Part shown: one piece after another, positions 16,997 through 23,482 of the stretch | Position numbering within the stretch: position 1 is the stretch's first letter | Layout: each line of letters opens with the position of its first letter | IMG/VR virus record: IMGVR_UViG_3300028430_000454 | Origin: a virus | Length of the DNA stretch: 40,254 nt | Strand: one strand, 5' to 3' | Position numbers and translations under genes: made by a program | The notes under the pieces: model-generated | The model's database searches: none | What the model was told of the DNA's origin: nothing | The model's input: the letters and a program-made list of their open reading frames with translations, nothing else

Positions 16997-17302
16997 TTAT
17001 GCTCCCAGAGAGATGATCTTGCCGGTGCCCTGTGTCGCGCGGAACACCTCGATTTCGCCACTGCCGTCCATCTGCGGCCCCGCAGCCCACTGCTCGATGC
17101 GGCCTTCGTGAAGTGCCTTCACGCTCGCGTCCAGATCGTCGCGTGTGTCGCCGGGCATCAGACCGATTCGACGGCCGGCTTGCACCTTGAGCATGAACTC
17201 GGCGCAACGCTTCACCGCCCATCCGGGCAGCGGAGACTCGGCGCGCAGGAACCATGACCCACACGTTGGTCGCCATTCCATTGCAGGCTGCTTTGCGAGC
17301 AT
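16997..17302 (-). CDS. hypothetical protein
   Basis: Internal ATG (17302) of track ORF 16997..17344, lying 1 nt after the portal stop codon (17304-17306). 101 aa (MLAKQPAMEWRPT...). Confidence 0.5.
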   Translation of the reverse strand: MLAKQPAMEWRPTCGSWFLRAESPLPGWAVKRCAEFMLKVQAGRRIGLMPGDTRDDLDASVKALHEGRIEQWAAGPQMDGSGEIEVFRATQGTGKIISLGA

Positions 17303-17303
17303 A

Positions 17304-19496
17304 TTAAGACTCCTCGATTTCTGCGATGTTTCCGTCTCGGTCACGCGAAGTTACGCGACGTCGCTTGGGTTTGTTGATGGCTTCTGCCAACTTTCCGAGA
17401 ACTTCGACCAGCATAGCCTGTGTGTCCGGCTTTTCCTCTTCCGGTTCCTTCGTCTCCTCCGGCTCCTCTGCTTCGGCTGCCGCTGTCGCTGCCGCCGCTT
17501 CGCGGTCTGCGCTGGAGTCTTCTATGTCCAGAAGTTTGGCTGTAGCCTCTTGAGCGAGGCGCATTTTCTCGAGAATCATCTCGAATTCTTGGCTACGCTG
17601 CTGCTGTTCTCCCGCAGCGTCGGCCAGTTTGGCTTCAAGCTGTGCCTGCATGACTTCCAACATAACTTTGGTTTCGTTGTTCGTCTGCGCAATGCGCTCG
17701 GCTGACTCGGTCTGCAGTTGCGCAATCTGCATGCGGATGTTGTCAGAGTTGCGCTTCGTCTCTTCAGACATCTGCGTCTTCTGAAGGTCGACTTGCGCCT
17801 CGGCTGCACTGCCGTCATCTTTCGGCGGCAGTGGTTGGCTGGCGACTTGGATCGCTTGGTCGAGTACAGTCTCCATGTCGCTGCCACCCCTGAAGCTGGC
17901 GGTGACCCATGCCACCATCTTGAGCAGGAACGGCATTGCGTCAGGACGCGCCTCGAGAATCATACCTGCTTGGCTGATGAATTGGCCGACCGCAGTCAAG
18001 TACTCGGTGCGCAGCTCGCGTTCCGCATTGTAATCTGCGAGACTGAGCGTCTCTTCGCCAATTTCGATGCGGTATTCTGCGCTACGGAAGTTTTTCAACA
18101 ATTCGATAGCCGCGTCTGCGAACGGTGCCGACTCCGTATACTCGATCTGACTAACTTCTTTCAGCGTTTGCGGGCTGAAATGCCGACACATAATCTCCGC
18201 ACGTATGCGAATAGTTTCAGCGACCCATTTGGTGACTGCCTTCTGCGTTAATTGCAGACGAACACTGCTGTACTGCGCCTTGAGTGTCTGCGCTTTGGCA
18301 GTTTCACGCGGGCTAGAAGCTCCACGCATGATGTCACTGATGCTGGTGAGTTCGTAGATCTGTCCAACGAGCAATGTTCGTTGTTCGACGAGTTTGGTGA
18401 GCACATCCGCGATAACTTCGACTGGAAACCAGTCGACGATGCTCTTGATGCCCCCGGCCTCTGAAAAGCTGCCCCAGTCTTCGACAGCAATCATGCTGAA
18501 CTCAGGGCCGCTGAGCAGGTTTTTCAGTTCAGTGTTCGTTTTGTCGTACATGCCGACAACCCGCAGAGCCTTGACGAGCACAGCAATGCGATCGTTGAGC
18601 TCGTCAAGCTCTTGATACTGATCTCTGACCATCGTAAAATCTGGTCGCGGAATCAGACTGCGCGTGGACACCGTAGCCAGCAACGGACGCGGGCACGGGT
18701 AGAAGTTGTCGAGCTTCAGTGGATCATCGACGACTTTCAAAAGCTCGTCAGCGTGCCGGTTAACGAAGTACACCTTGTTCGTGTCTTCACACCACAGTTC
18801 GAACACCTCCACGCGCCCTTTCTTGAAGCCCTCCGGCAGCCCCTTGTCCTTGTAGGTCGTGGAGTTTTCCTTGAATGCCGCTGCGATCTCTTTATATTTG
18901 TCTTCGCCATAGGCTGCGATGAACGACTTTTTCTTCATCCAGCAACGGCGACCGATCCACCAGACTTCGTCCCATGTCCTGCTCGGAGACCACAAGAAGT
19001 CGCGGTAATGAACGTAGTCGACAGGGGCAGTTTCCTTGAGCAGCGTGACTCCGTCGGAGTCAAATACTGAGTCATAGCGGCACCACACCTGACCCATTCC
19101 AGGCACCAACCGATCTTCGACACCATTCTGTAGTGCCGTGTGCATGCTGGTGCCGTCTTTCGTCAGTTCGATTTGACTGGCACGCTCAATGATGAGCGCA
19201 GCCACGCGACCGACGTCATCTTTCGGGTCGCTGTTCTGTCGTTTGACCGAAGGAGCCGGAGGCGTCGCGTAGAGCGCCGCCATCATGATCTGTACGTTGG
19301 CCCAGAAAATGTTGTATTTACGGCGAGAAGTGCCGTCACCCTCTTCGTTTTCGCGGTCGTCAAGGTAGCGGGAGATGATGTTTTCAGCGGCATTCCACCA
19401 CTTTTTCTCGAGAATCTTCTCCGTGTCCTCGATCTGCTTTTTCCACCAGAGCTGACCGTACTCGGGGGTATCCTTTTCGTTGTCTTCGTCAGCCAT
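17304..19496 (-). CDS. portal protein
   Basis: 730 aa, immediately downstream of terL with an 8-nt overlap. GGAGA lies upstream of the ATG at 19496. The size, the long acidic coiled-coil C-terminus and the position fit a podovirus portal. Confidence 0.8.
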   Translation of the reverse strand: MADEDNEKDTPEYGQLWWKKQIEDTEKILEKKWWNAAENIISRYLDDRENEEGDGTSRRKYNIFWANVQIMMAALYATPPAPSVKRQNSDPKDDVGRVAALIIERASQIELTKDGTSMHTALQNGVEDRLVPGMGQVWCRYDSVFDSDGVTLLKETAPVDYVHYRDFLWSPSRTWDEVWWIGRRCWMKKKSFIAAYGEDKYKEIAAAFKENSTTYKDKGLPEGFKKGRVEVFELWCEDTNKVYFVNRHADELLKVVDDPLKLDNFYPCPRPLLATVSTRSLIPRPDFTMVRDQYQELDELNDRIAVLVKALRVVGMYDKTNTELKNLLSGPEFSMIAVEDWGSFSEAGGIKSIVDWFPVEVIADVLTKLVEQRTLLVGQIYELTSISDIMRGASSPRETAKAQTLKAQYSSVRLQLTQKAVTKWVAETIRIRAEIMCRHFSPQTLKEVSQIEYTESAPFADAAIELLKNFRSAEYRIEIGEETLSLADYNAERELRTEYLTAVGQFISQAGMILEARPDAMPFLLKMVAWVTASFRGGSDMETVLDQAIQVASQPLPPKDDGSAAEAQVDLQKTQMSEETKRNSDNIRMQIAQLQTESAERIAQTNNETKVMLEVMQAQLEAKLADAAGEQQQRSQEFEMILEKMRLAQEATAKLLDIEDSSADREAAAATAAAEAEEPEETKEPEEEKPDTQAMLVEVLGKLAEAINKPKRRRVTSRDRDGNIAEIEES

Positions 19497-20844
19497 ATGT
19501 TCTCCGCGATCCCGACGGGGCTGTCGACCAGAGATCGTCCAGCGAGAAGCCGTAGTTTACCACGCGCGCAGCGGACTTTACAATCCCTTGCTGCGCGGGC
19601 CTTGTGACGTCAGGGACTTGTTTCGGCCCCGTGACAATGTTGGCGTAACGGAACATGTCCGCGTAATGGCTCGACCAGTCATGCACCGGCTCGTCTGTGA
19701 ATATTTTCTTCTCTTCGTCGTATTTCCGGTGATAGCTCTTCAATGCCAGCACCAATTTCTCAGTTTCTGACCTGTGAAAATACCAGCTCGGGAACCCTGT
19801 TCGTGTGGCTGCGATGCCGTCAATTACGTCCAGCCGGGGGACCAACTTCGGGCGAATGTTAGCGTCCCGGAAATGGTCGATGATGGCACGCCCAGTCTGC
19901 AGGGTTTTCGCCTTGGCGTCGTGTGGAAGCCAGACCGTGCCCAGTTTGAGGTTGTTGTCGCCGCAAAACTCTTTCAGATACTTGATGTAATGGGCAATCG
20001 GCTTCATATTGTCATGGTGCGCGTGCCCCATGAGATTGCCGTCGAAACGCGTCTGGAAAAACCCCATCGTAGTGTCGTCGCTATGCCCGAGGTCCATGGC
20101 GAGATGTACAGGCTGCGCCGTCGAAAGCGGATAGTCTCCGATGCGCTCTTCTTTCTCTGCATTTTCCATTTGCCGTGCGTAGATGGCACCCCGCACGCTG
20201 GCCTCGAAGGAGCACTCCATCTCTTGCGCGAACTGCTCTTCGTCCATCATCTTGCGCATCATCGCAATATCCTCTTCGCTCAGGATATTGGTCTTGGTGT
20301 ATGGCAGGAAGTTGACGAACCAGTTGTCGTCTTTCAGGGAGTCGTAGTACATGTCCCTGAAATGGTTGGGGCCGTTGGGCGTGCCCATGAACACGGCCCA
20401 CCCCCGCCTGTCGATCAGGGCAGGAAGCAGGATCTCTTGGAAGACGCTGCCGCGCATATTCCCGAACTCATCGAGGGCGACACCGTCGAAGTACATGCCC
20501 CGGAAGGAGTCAGGGTTATCTGCTCCGTACAGAGTAATTCGTGGTTTATTCGGGAGAGAACTGAGCTCGACGTACAGTCCGGACTCGTTGACTTTAGGGG
20601 AAAAGGGGGCGGCGTAATCTTTGACGTACTGCCAAGCAATGTCTTTTGCTTGTCTGAGCAGGGGGGCCACATACGCATACCTCGGATTCTCTCTCGTGTT
20701 GTAGCTGGCTTTCTCGATGATGTCGTTGACCACAGAAACCGTCTTCCCCGCGCGCCGATGGGCGACAAGCACGGCCCAGCGGTGTTTCCGCAGGTGAAAA
20801 TCCCGGAAATACCCTCGGGGGCGGTACAGCGACCGGATTATCAT
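19489..20844 (-). CDS. terL: terminase large subunit
   Basis: Start taken at MIIRSLYRPRGYF (ATG at 20844) inside track ORF 19489..21051. Motifs: Walker A VAHRRAGKTVS, Walker B GVALDEFGNM, nuclease LAMDLGHSDDTT. Confidence 0.85.
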   Translation of the reverse strand: MIIRSLYRPRGYFRDFHLRKHRWAVLVAHRRAGKTVSVVNDIIEKASYNTRENPRYAYVAPLLRQAKDIAWQYVKDYAAPFSPKVNESGLYVELSSLPNKPRITLYGADNPDSFRGMYFDGVALDEFGNMRGSVFQEILLPALIDRRGWAVFMGTPNGPNHFRDMYYDSLKDDNWFVNFLPYTKTNILSEEDIAMMRKMMDEEQFAQEMECSFEASVRGAIYARQMENAEKEERIGDYPLSTAQPVHLAMDLGHSDDTTMGFFQTRFDGNLMGHAHHDNMKPIAHYIKYLKEFCGDNNLKLGTVWLPHDAKAKTLQTGRAIIDHFRDANIRPKLVPRLDVIDGIAATRTGFPSWYFHRSETEKLVLALKSYHRKYDEEKKIFTDEPVHDWSSHYADMFRYANIVTGPKQVPDVTRPAQQGIVKSAARVVNYGFSLDDLWSTAPSGSRRTYG

Positions 20845-20906
20845 TCGGTCATTACCAGAATGACGTACAGGGCGACGAGCAAAATCACGAACCAGAGAAA
20901 GGCCAT
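20841..20906 (-). CDS. 21-aa hydrophobic micro-ORF bridging terS and terL
   Basis: Hand translation: MAFLWFVILLVALYVILVMTE*. Its ATG shares one nt with the terS stop (TGATG). Its TGA overlaps the terL ATG (ATGA). Coding status is unproven. Confidence 0.3.
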   Translation of the reverse strand: MAFLWFVILLVALYVILVMTE

Positions 20907-21214
20907 CACTCGTGATTGTCCAGGTTGCCGGGGGGAATGGCGTGTTCGATGGTGATTTGCGTGTTGTCGCCGAAGTTGATGCTCGTGCTCGGCATGAGAC
21001 GACTGTACAGGGGGTAGAACTTGTCTGGGTTCTTGTTCGCCCACAGGGCAAGCCGAGACACGCCCCCGATCATCACGAAGGCATTCTGAAATGCGTTGGC
21101 GACATCGCTACGGCTGAACCCGTCTTTGTTGCGAGTCAGCGCAGGGATCTTCGTCTTGCCCTCAGCCAGCGAGTCTAAGACGACAGGGAAGGGGGGAGCA
21201 GGGTTCGGTTCCAT
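20906..21214 (-). CDS. terS: terminase small subunit (candidate)
   Basis: About 102 aa from the ATG at 21214 (the track ORF uses GTG at 21232). The central pattern SRSDVANAFQNAFVMIGGVSRLALWANKNPDKFYPLYSRLMP resembles small terminase subunits. It lies directly upstream of terL. No SD is visible. Confidence 0.55.
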   Translation of the reverse strand: MEPNPAPPFPVVLDSLAEGKTKIPALTRNKDGFSRSDVANAFQNAFVMIGGVSRLALWANKNPDKFYPLYSRLMPSTSINFGDNTQITIEHAIPPGNLDNHE

Positions 21215-21222
21215 GGTGCAGA

Positions 21223-21251
21223 ACCCTACCACAGAACTGGTTAGAATGCAA
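21223..21251 (-). promoter_or_regulatory. candidate sigma70-type late promoter (TTGCAT-N17-TAGGGT)
   Basis: Minus strand: TTGCAT (21251-21246), a 17-nt spacer, then TAGGGT (21228-21223). The -10 element ends only ~8 nt before the terS ATG (21214), which would give a leaderless or near-leaderless mRNA. Confidence 0.3.
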
Positions 21252-21277
21252 GCCCTGGAGCTTACTTCTTACTATTA

Positions 21278-21389
21278 GGGATATCGAATATTCTCGACAA
21301 TGCCCCGTTCCTGGGGATATTGAATATTCTCGACAATGCGTGGATGCGGCCCCTCACCTACTAGGGATGTTGAATATCCTCGACAATGC
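21278..21389. repeat. three 26-bp direct iterons GGGAT(A/G)T(C/T)GAATAT(T/C)CTCGACAATGC
   Basis: Copies at 21278-21303, 21314-21339 and 21364-21389, spaced 36 and 50 bp. The core ATATCGAATATTCT recurs inverted at 22624-22637. Confidence 0.9.
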
Positions 21390-21492
21390 GTCGACGCGTC
21401 CTGTAGGTGTTTTTGTCCGCGTTGGGGTTGCAGTACCCCCGGCCTAAATTCAAGTGCTTAACAGGTGCTGCGCACCAGTAGTACGTAACGGC

Positions 21493-21516
21493 ACGGGCCA
21501 CGCATGCGTGGCCCGT
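21493..21516. repeat. perfect 24-bp palindrome
   Basis: ACGGGCCACGCA|TGCGTGGCCCGT is exactly self-complementary with no loop. Confidence 0.9.
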
Positions 21517-21554
21517 CTCTCGTCTCGCCTTCGGCTCGTCTCCGCTGCACCGCA

Positions 21555-21588
21555 GCAAAACCCCCAGCCCGCAGGCTGGGGGTTTTGC
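21555..21588 (-). terminator. strong hairpin terminator downstream of 21595..21945
   Basis: 15-bp perfect stem, GCAAAACCCCCAGCC (21555-21569) with GGCTGGGGGTTTTGC (21574-21588), and a 4-nt loop. The T/A runs inside the stem arms make it usable in both directions. It lies 6 nt after the stop at 21595. Confidence 0.7.
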
Positions 21589-21594
21589 GGGTTA

Positions 21595-21945
21595 CTACTG
21601 CGCAGCGGGTACGGTGGCTGCCGCAAGGTGCCCACGCCGCAGCAGGTAGCCCAGTAGGGTAAGCGGGCACCCGGCCGCCGCCGTTACCTGCTGCACCGTA
21701 GCAATGCCACCGTTAGCTTGCAGTGTGGCAGTAATGGCCTGCCACCACGCCACGTTATGTGGCGCGGTTACGCGGTAGGCTTTGGCCCCCAGCGTAACGG
21801 CCTGCACAGCAGGGCCGCCACGTAGCGCCACCACGGGTGCGGGGGCTGCCGGGGTGGCGGGTGCCGGGGTTGCAACGGTGGGCACAAGTGGGTGCGCTGC
21901 TGCGGGTTTGGCTGCTTTGGCTGCTGCTTTGGGTTTGGCTTGCAT
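21595..21945 (-). CDS. small basic protein: Lys/Ala/Pro-rich N-terminus plus winged-helix-like C-terminus
   Basis: 116 aa (MQAKPKAAAKAAKPAAAHP...ATVQQVTAAAGCPLTLLGYLLRRGHL). AAAGGA lies ~9 nt upstream of the ATG at 21945, and a terminator follows directly. The gene is visibly more GC-rich than the genome. Confidence 0.55.
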   Translation of the reverse strand: MQAKPKAAAKAAKPAAAHPLVPTVATPAPATPAAPAPVVALRGGPAVQAVTLGAKAYRVTAPHNVAWWQAITATLQANGGIATVQQVTAAAGCPLTLLGYLLRRGHLAAATVPAAQ

Positions 21946-22020
21946 GGTTGTTGTCCTTTACACTAGTACCGGCTGGCCGCCGTGGCACCGGCAGCAATGT
22001 GCCACCGGCACCCTACTATA

Positions 22021-22036
22021 AGCAGGTAGCGTGCCA
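22021..22036 (-). promoter_or_regulatory. sigma54-like -24/-12 element
   Basis: The minus strand reads TGGCACGCTACCTGCT, against the consensus TGGCACG-N4-TTGCW. GG and GC have the correct 10-nt offset. It lies ~75 nt upstream of the ATG at 21945. An overlapping TTGCCA-N18-TTATAG sigma70-like alternative also exists. Confidence 0.3.
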
Positions 22037-22101
22037 GCTTGGCAAAAGCCTTTAAATACAGGCCCTTACGCCAAACCGCCCAAGTGGGTGCCCGTGGCAG
22101 T

Positions 22102-22160
22102 GCGGCAACTATTGCCGCTTAGGCGGCAGTAGTTGCCGCTTAGGCGGCAACTATTGCCGC
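22102..22160. promoter_or_regulatory. three tandem 17-bp palindromic operators at 21-bp period
   Basis: GCGGCAACTATTGCCGC (22102-22118), GCGGCAGTAGTTGCCGC (22123-22139) and GCGGCAACTATTGCCGC (22144-22160), each separated by TTAG. An extra half-site TTGCCGC sits at 22167-22173. Confidence 0.85.
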
Positions 22161-22210
22161 CCCACCTTGCCGCCTTGCACCGCAACATAGGCGCTGCGGT
22201 GCAGCACAGG

Positions 22211-22246
22211 GTTAGTGTGCGCTAACTTACGTTAGTGGGCGCTTAC
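22211..22246. repeat. two 16-bp direct repeats at 20-bp period with internal dyad
   Basis: GTTAGTGTGCGCTAAC (22211-22226) and GTTAGTGGGCGCTTAC (22231-22246). The first has the dyad GTTAG-N6-CTAAC. Confidence 0.8.
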
Positions 22247-22271
22247 CAACCAAGCGCGCGGCGCACGCGAC

Positions 22272-22535
22272 TCGACTGTCCGAATTTGGAGCATCGACGA
22301 ATCGAGGTCGAACTCGATGTCGTCGAGCTCGACCTCAGATCCGAAGAACCAACCATCTCGAGGTCGAGCACGACTTCGGAGCTTCCCGAATCGAACTCAC
22401 CGTCGACTTCGGAGCTTCAGGGGTCGAATTGACGCGCGACTTTGGAACTTTGCGGTTCGAACTCGCGTTCGAGCTCCGATTTGGAGCTCTGAGCATCGAA
22501 TACGGAGCTCGAAGAGTCAAATTGACGCTCAGAAT
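22272..22535. repeat. degenerate 33-bp tandem repeat array (about 8 units)
   Basis: In-phase units at 22371, 22404 and 22437 begin CGACTT(C/T)GGA(G/A)CTT and contain TCGAA(C/T)T. Flanking units at 22272, 22305, 22338, 22470 and 22503 are more diverged. Sub-motifs: GA(A/C)TT(T/C)GGAGC, TCGAGCTC and GTC(G/A)AATTGACGC. Confidence 0.85.
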
Positions 22536-22563
22536 GCCTACCTTGCGCGCCTGTAGGGGGCAA

Positions 22564-22688
22564 GGTGGCAGGTGGCAGGGGGGTTTTGGCCCGTTTAAGG
22601 GGCGCATATGCGTCAAGCGCCTTAGAATATTCGATATATACCCCCTTATAAATTCTAAAAACACACAACACCCTGCCACCCTGCCACC
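22564..22688. promoter_or_regulatory. AT-rich segment flanked by inverted GGTGGCAG doublets (origin/unwinding-element candidate)
   Basis: GGTGGCAGGTGGCAGGGGGG (22564-22583) faces CCCTGCCACCCTGCCACC (22671-22688). Between them lie the palindrome CGCATATGCG (22603-22612) and the most AT-rich stretch I see in the genome (22621-22670). That stretch includes an inverted iteron core (22624-22637). Confidence 0.5.
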
Positions 22689-22730
22689 TTTCTGAGTACA
22701 AAGCCATATAAAACAAGCACTTAGAACAAA

Positions 22731-22775
22731 GTGGCAAGCCACGGGGCAGGCAGGGGGCAGGCCAAACCCCCTGCC
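22731..22775 (-). terminator. hairpins downstream of 22785..23120
   Basis: GGCAGGGGG (22749-22757) pairs with CCCCCTGCC (22767-22775) across a 9-nt loop. Next comes GTGGC-AA-GCCAC (22731-22742), followed on the minus strand by TTTGTTCT. Confidence 0.35.
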
Positions 22776-22784
22776 ACCCTGGGA

Positions 22785-23120
22785 CTACTTGCGAATGCAC
22801 CATTCCGTAAGCTGCGCCACCGCAGCCAAGCATTCTTCAGGACAGTCCGCCCCTGCGGTTACGGCATGGAATCCGTTGTAGCCGCTGGTGTACACTTCCT
22901 TGAATTCGTAGCCGTTTATGTAGCCACCATTGCCATTCAGACGACTGGGCTGCGTTGCGCGCCATTCACCACGCACCATGCGCCCCACGGGCTGACAGGC
23001 CACAACCCAATGGTCGTGATAGGGCAGCACTTCGATGACCAAGTGAATTTTCGTGCCAATGCCGGAACGAATAAGGCCCCCCACGACTGGTGCCGCCTTT
23101 GTCGACTTAAACATTGCCAT
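22785..23120 (-). CDS. hypothetical early protein
   Basis: 111-aa track ORF. GGAG lies upstream of the ATG at 23120, and promoter-operator module A precedes it. Confidence 0.55.
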   Translation of the reverse strand: MAMFKSTKAAPVVGGLIRSGIGTKIHLVIEVLPYHDHWVVACQPVGRMVRGEWRATQPSRLNGNGGYINGYEFKEVYTSGYNGFHAVTAGADCPEECLAAVAQLTEWCIRK

Positions 23121-23149
23121 TTCTGAGCACTCCAGATTGGTTGTTGGGC

Positions 23150-23198
23150 GTGGCGTAGTGCCACGCCCCTATGCTGCCACATTCCCTAAGGAATGCTA
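23150..23198 (-). promoter_or_regulatory. early promoter-operator module A
   Basis: Minus strand core: TAGCAT-TCCTT-AGGGAA-TGTGG-CAGCAT (23198-23171). Six nt later comes the palindrome GTGGC-N5-GCCAC (23164-23150). Confidence 0.6.
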
Positions 23199-23414
23199 CC
23201 CCCACTGCACCTGTTCGGCCGTAAGGCCCAGCAGTATGTATTCCTCGTCGGGACTGTTAAAGTCCGAAGTACCATCGAACGGCTCGATTTTCAGGTACAC
23301 GTACTGTTCCGGCTGCACTGCATTCACCATTGCAATGGCCCCGCGCGCCGTTTCGGCCTCGACAATGTAGGCTTGGTAACCCACGTCGAACTCCACAATG
23401 CACTCGAATTGCAT
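23196..23414 (-). CDS. small early protein, paralogue of 26250..26444
   Basis: 72 aa. MQFECIVEFDVGYQAYIVEAETARGAI aligns with MMKFKCYVEFDEGYAFLIITAPTHMGAL. GGAGGG lies upstream of the ATG at 23414. Confidence 0.6.
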   Translation of the reverse strand: MQFECIVEFDVGYQAYIVEAETARGAIAMVNAVQPEQYVYLKIEPFDGTSDFNSPDEEYILLGLTAEQVQWG

Positions 23415-23434
23415 CAGACCCTCCGACTAGTACC

Positions 23435-23482
23435 GTGGCACATGCCACACAGGCAGTGTGCCACGTTCCCCCAGGAATGCTA
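23435..23482 (-). promoter_or_regulatory. early promoter-operator module B
   Basis: Minus strand core: TAGCAT-TCCTG-GGGGAA-CGTGG-CACACT (23482-23455). Six nt later comes the palindrome GTGGCA-TG-TGCCAC (23448-23435). Confidence 0.6.

Noticed and set aside
19774-20955. 393-aa plus-strand ORF
   Set aside because: It is antisense to terL, whose Walker A and B and nuclease motifs fix the coding strand.
20845-21051. N-terminal 69-aa extension of the terL track ORF
   Set aside because: It overlaps terS out of frame and has an Arg/Ser/Thr-rich nonsense-like sequence. The conserved terL N-terminus (LYRPRGYF..FH.RKHRWAVLVAHRRAGKT) begins right after the ATG at 20844.
22451-22470. tRNA T-arm-like GGTTCGAACTC
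   Set aside because: No acceptor, D or anticodon stems can be folded around it. It is one unit of the 33-bp array.
22272-22535. Possible CRISPR array or solitary CRISPR-repeat mimic
   Set aside because: The units are contiguous 33-bp degenerate repeats with no unique spacers between them. There is no repeat-spacer alternation and there are no cas genes.
22235-22742. Track ORFs 22235..22432(+), 22317..22556(+), 22335..22742(-), 22417..22833(-) and 22429..22695(+) as genes
   Set aside because: They lie on tandem and inverted DNA repeats, so their peptides are repetitive. They have no SD and overlap one another in several frames. I treat the region as regulatory DNA.
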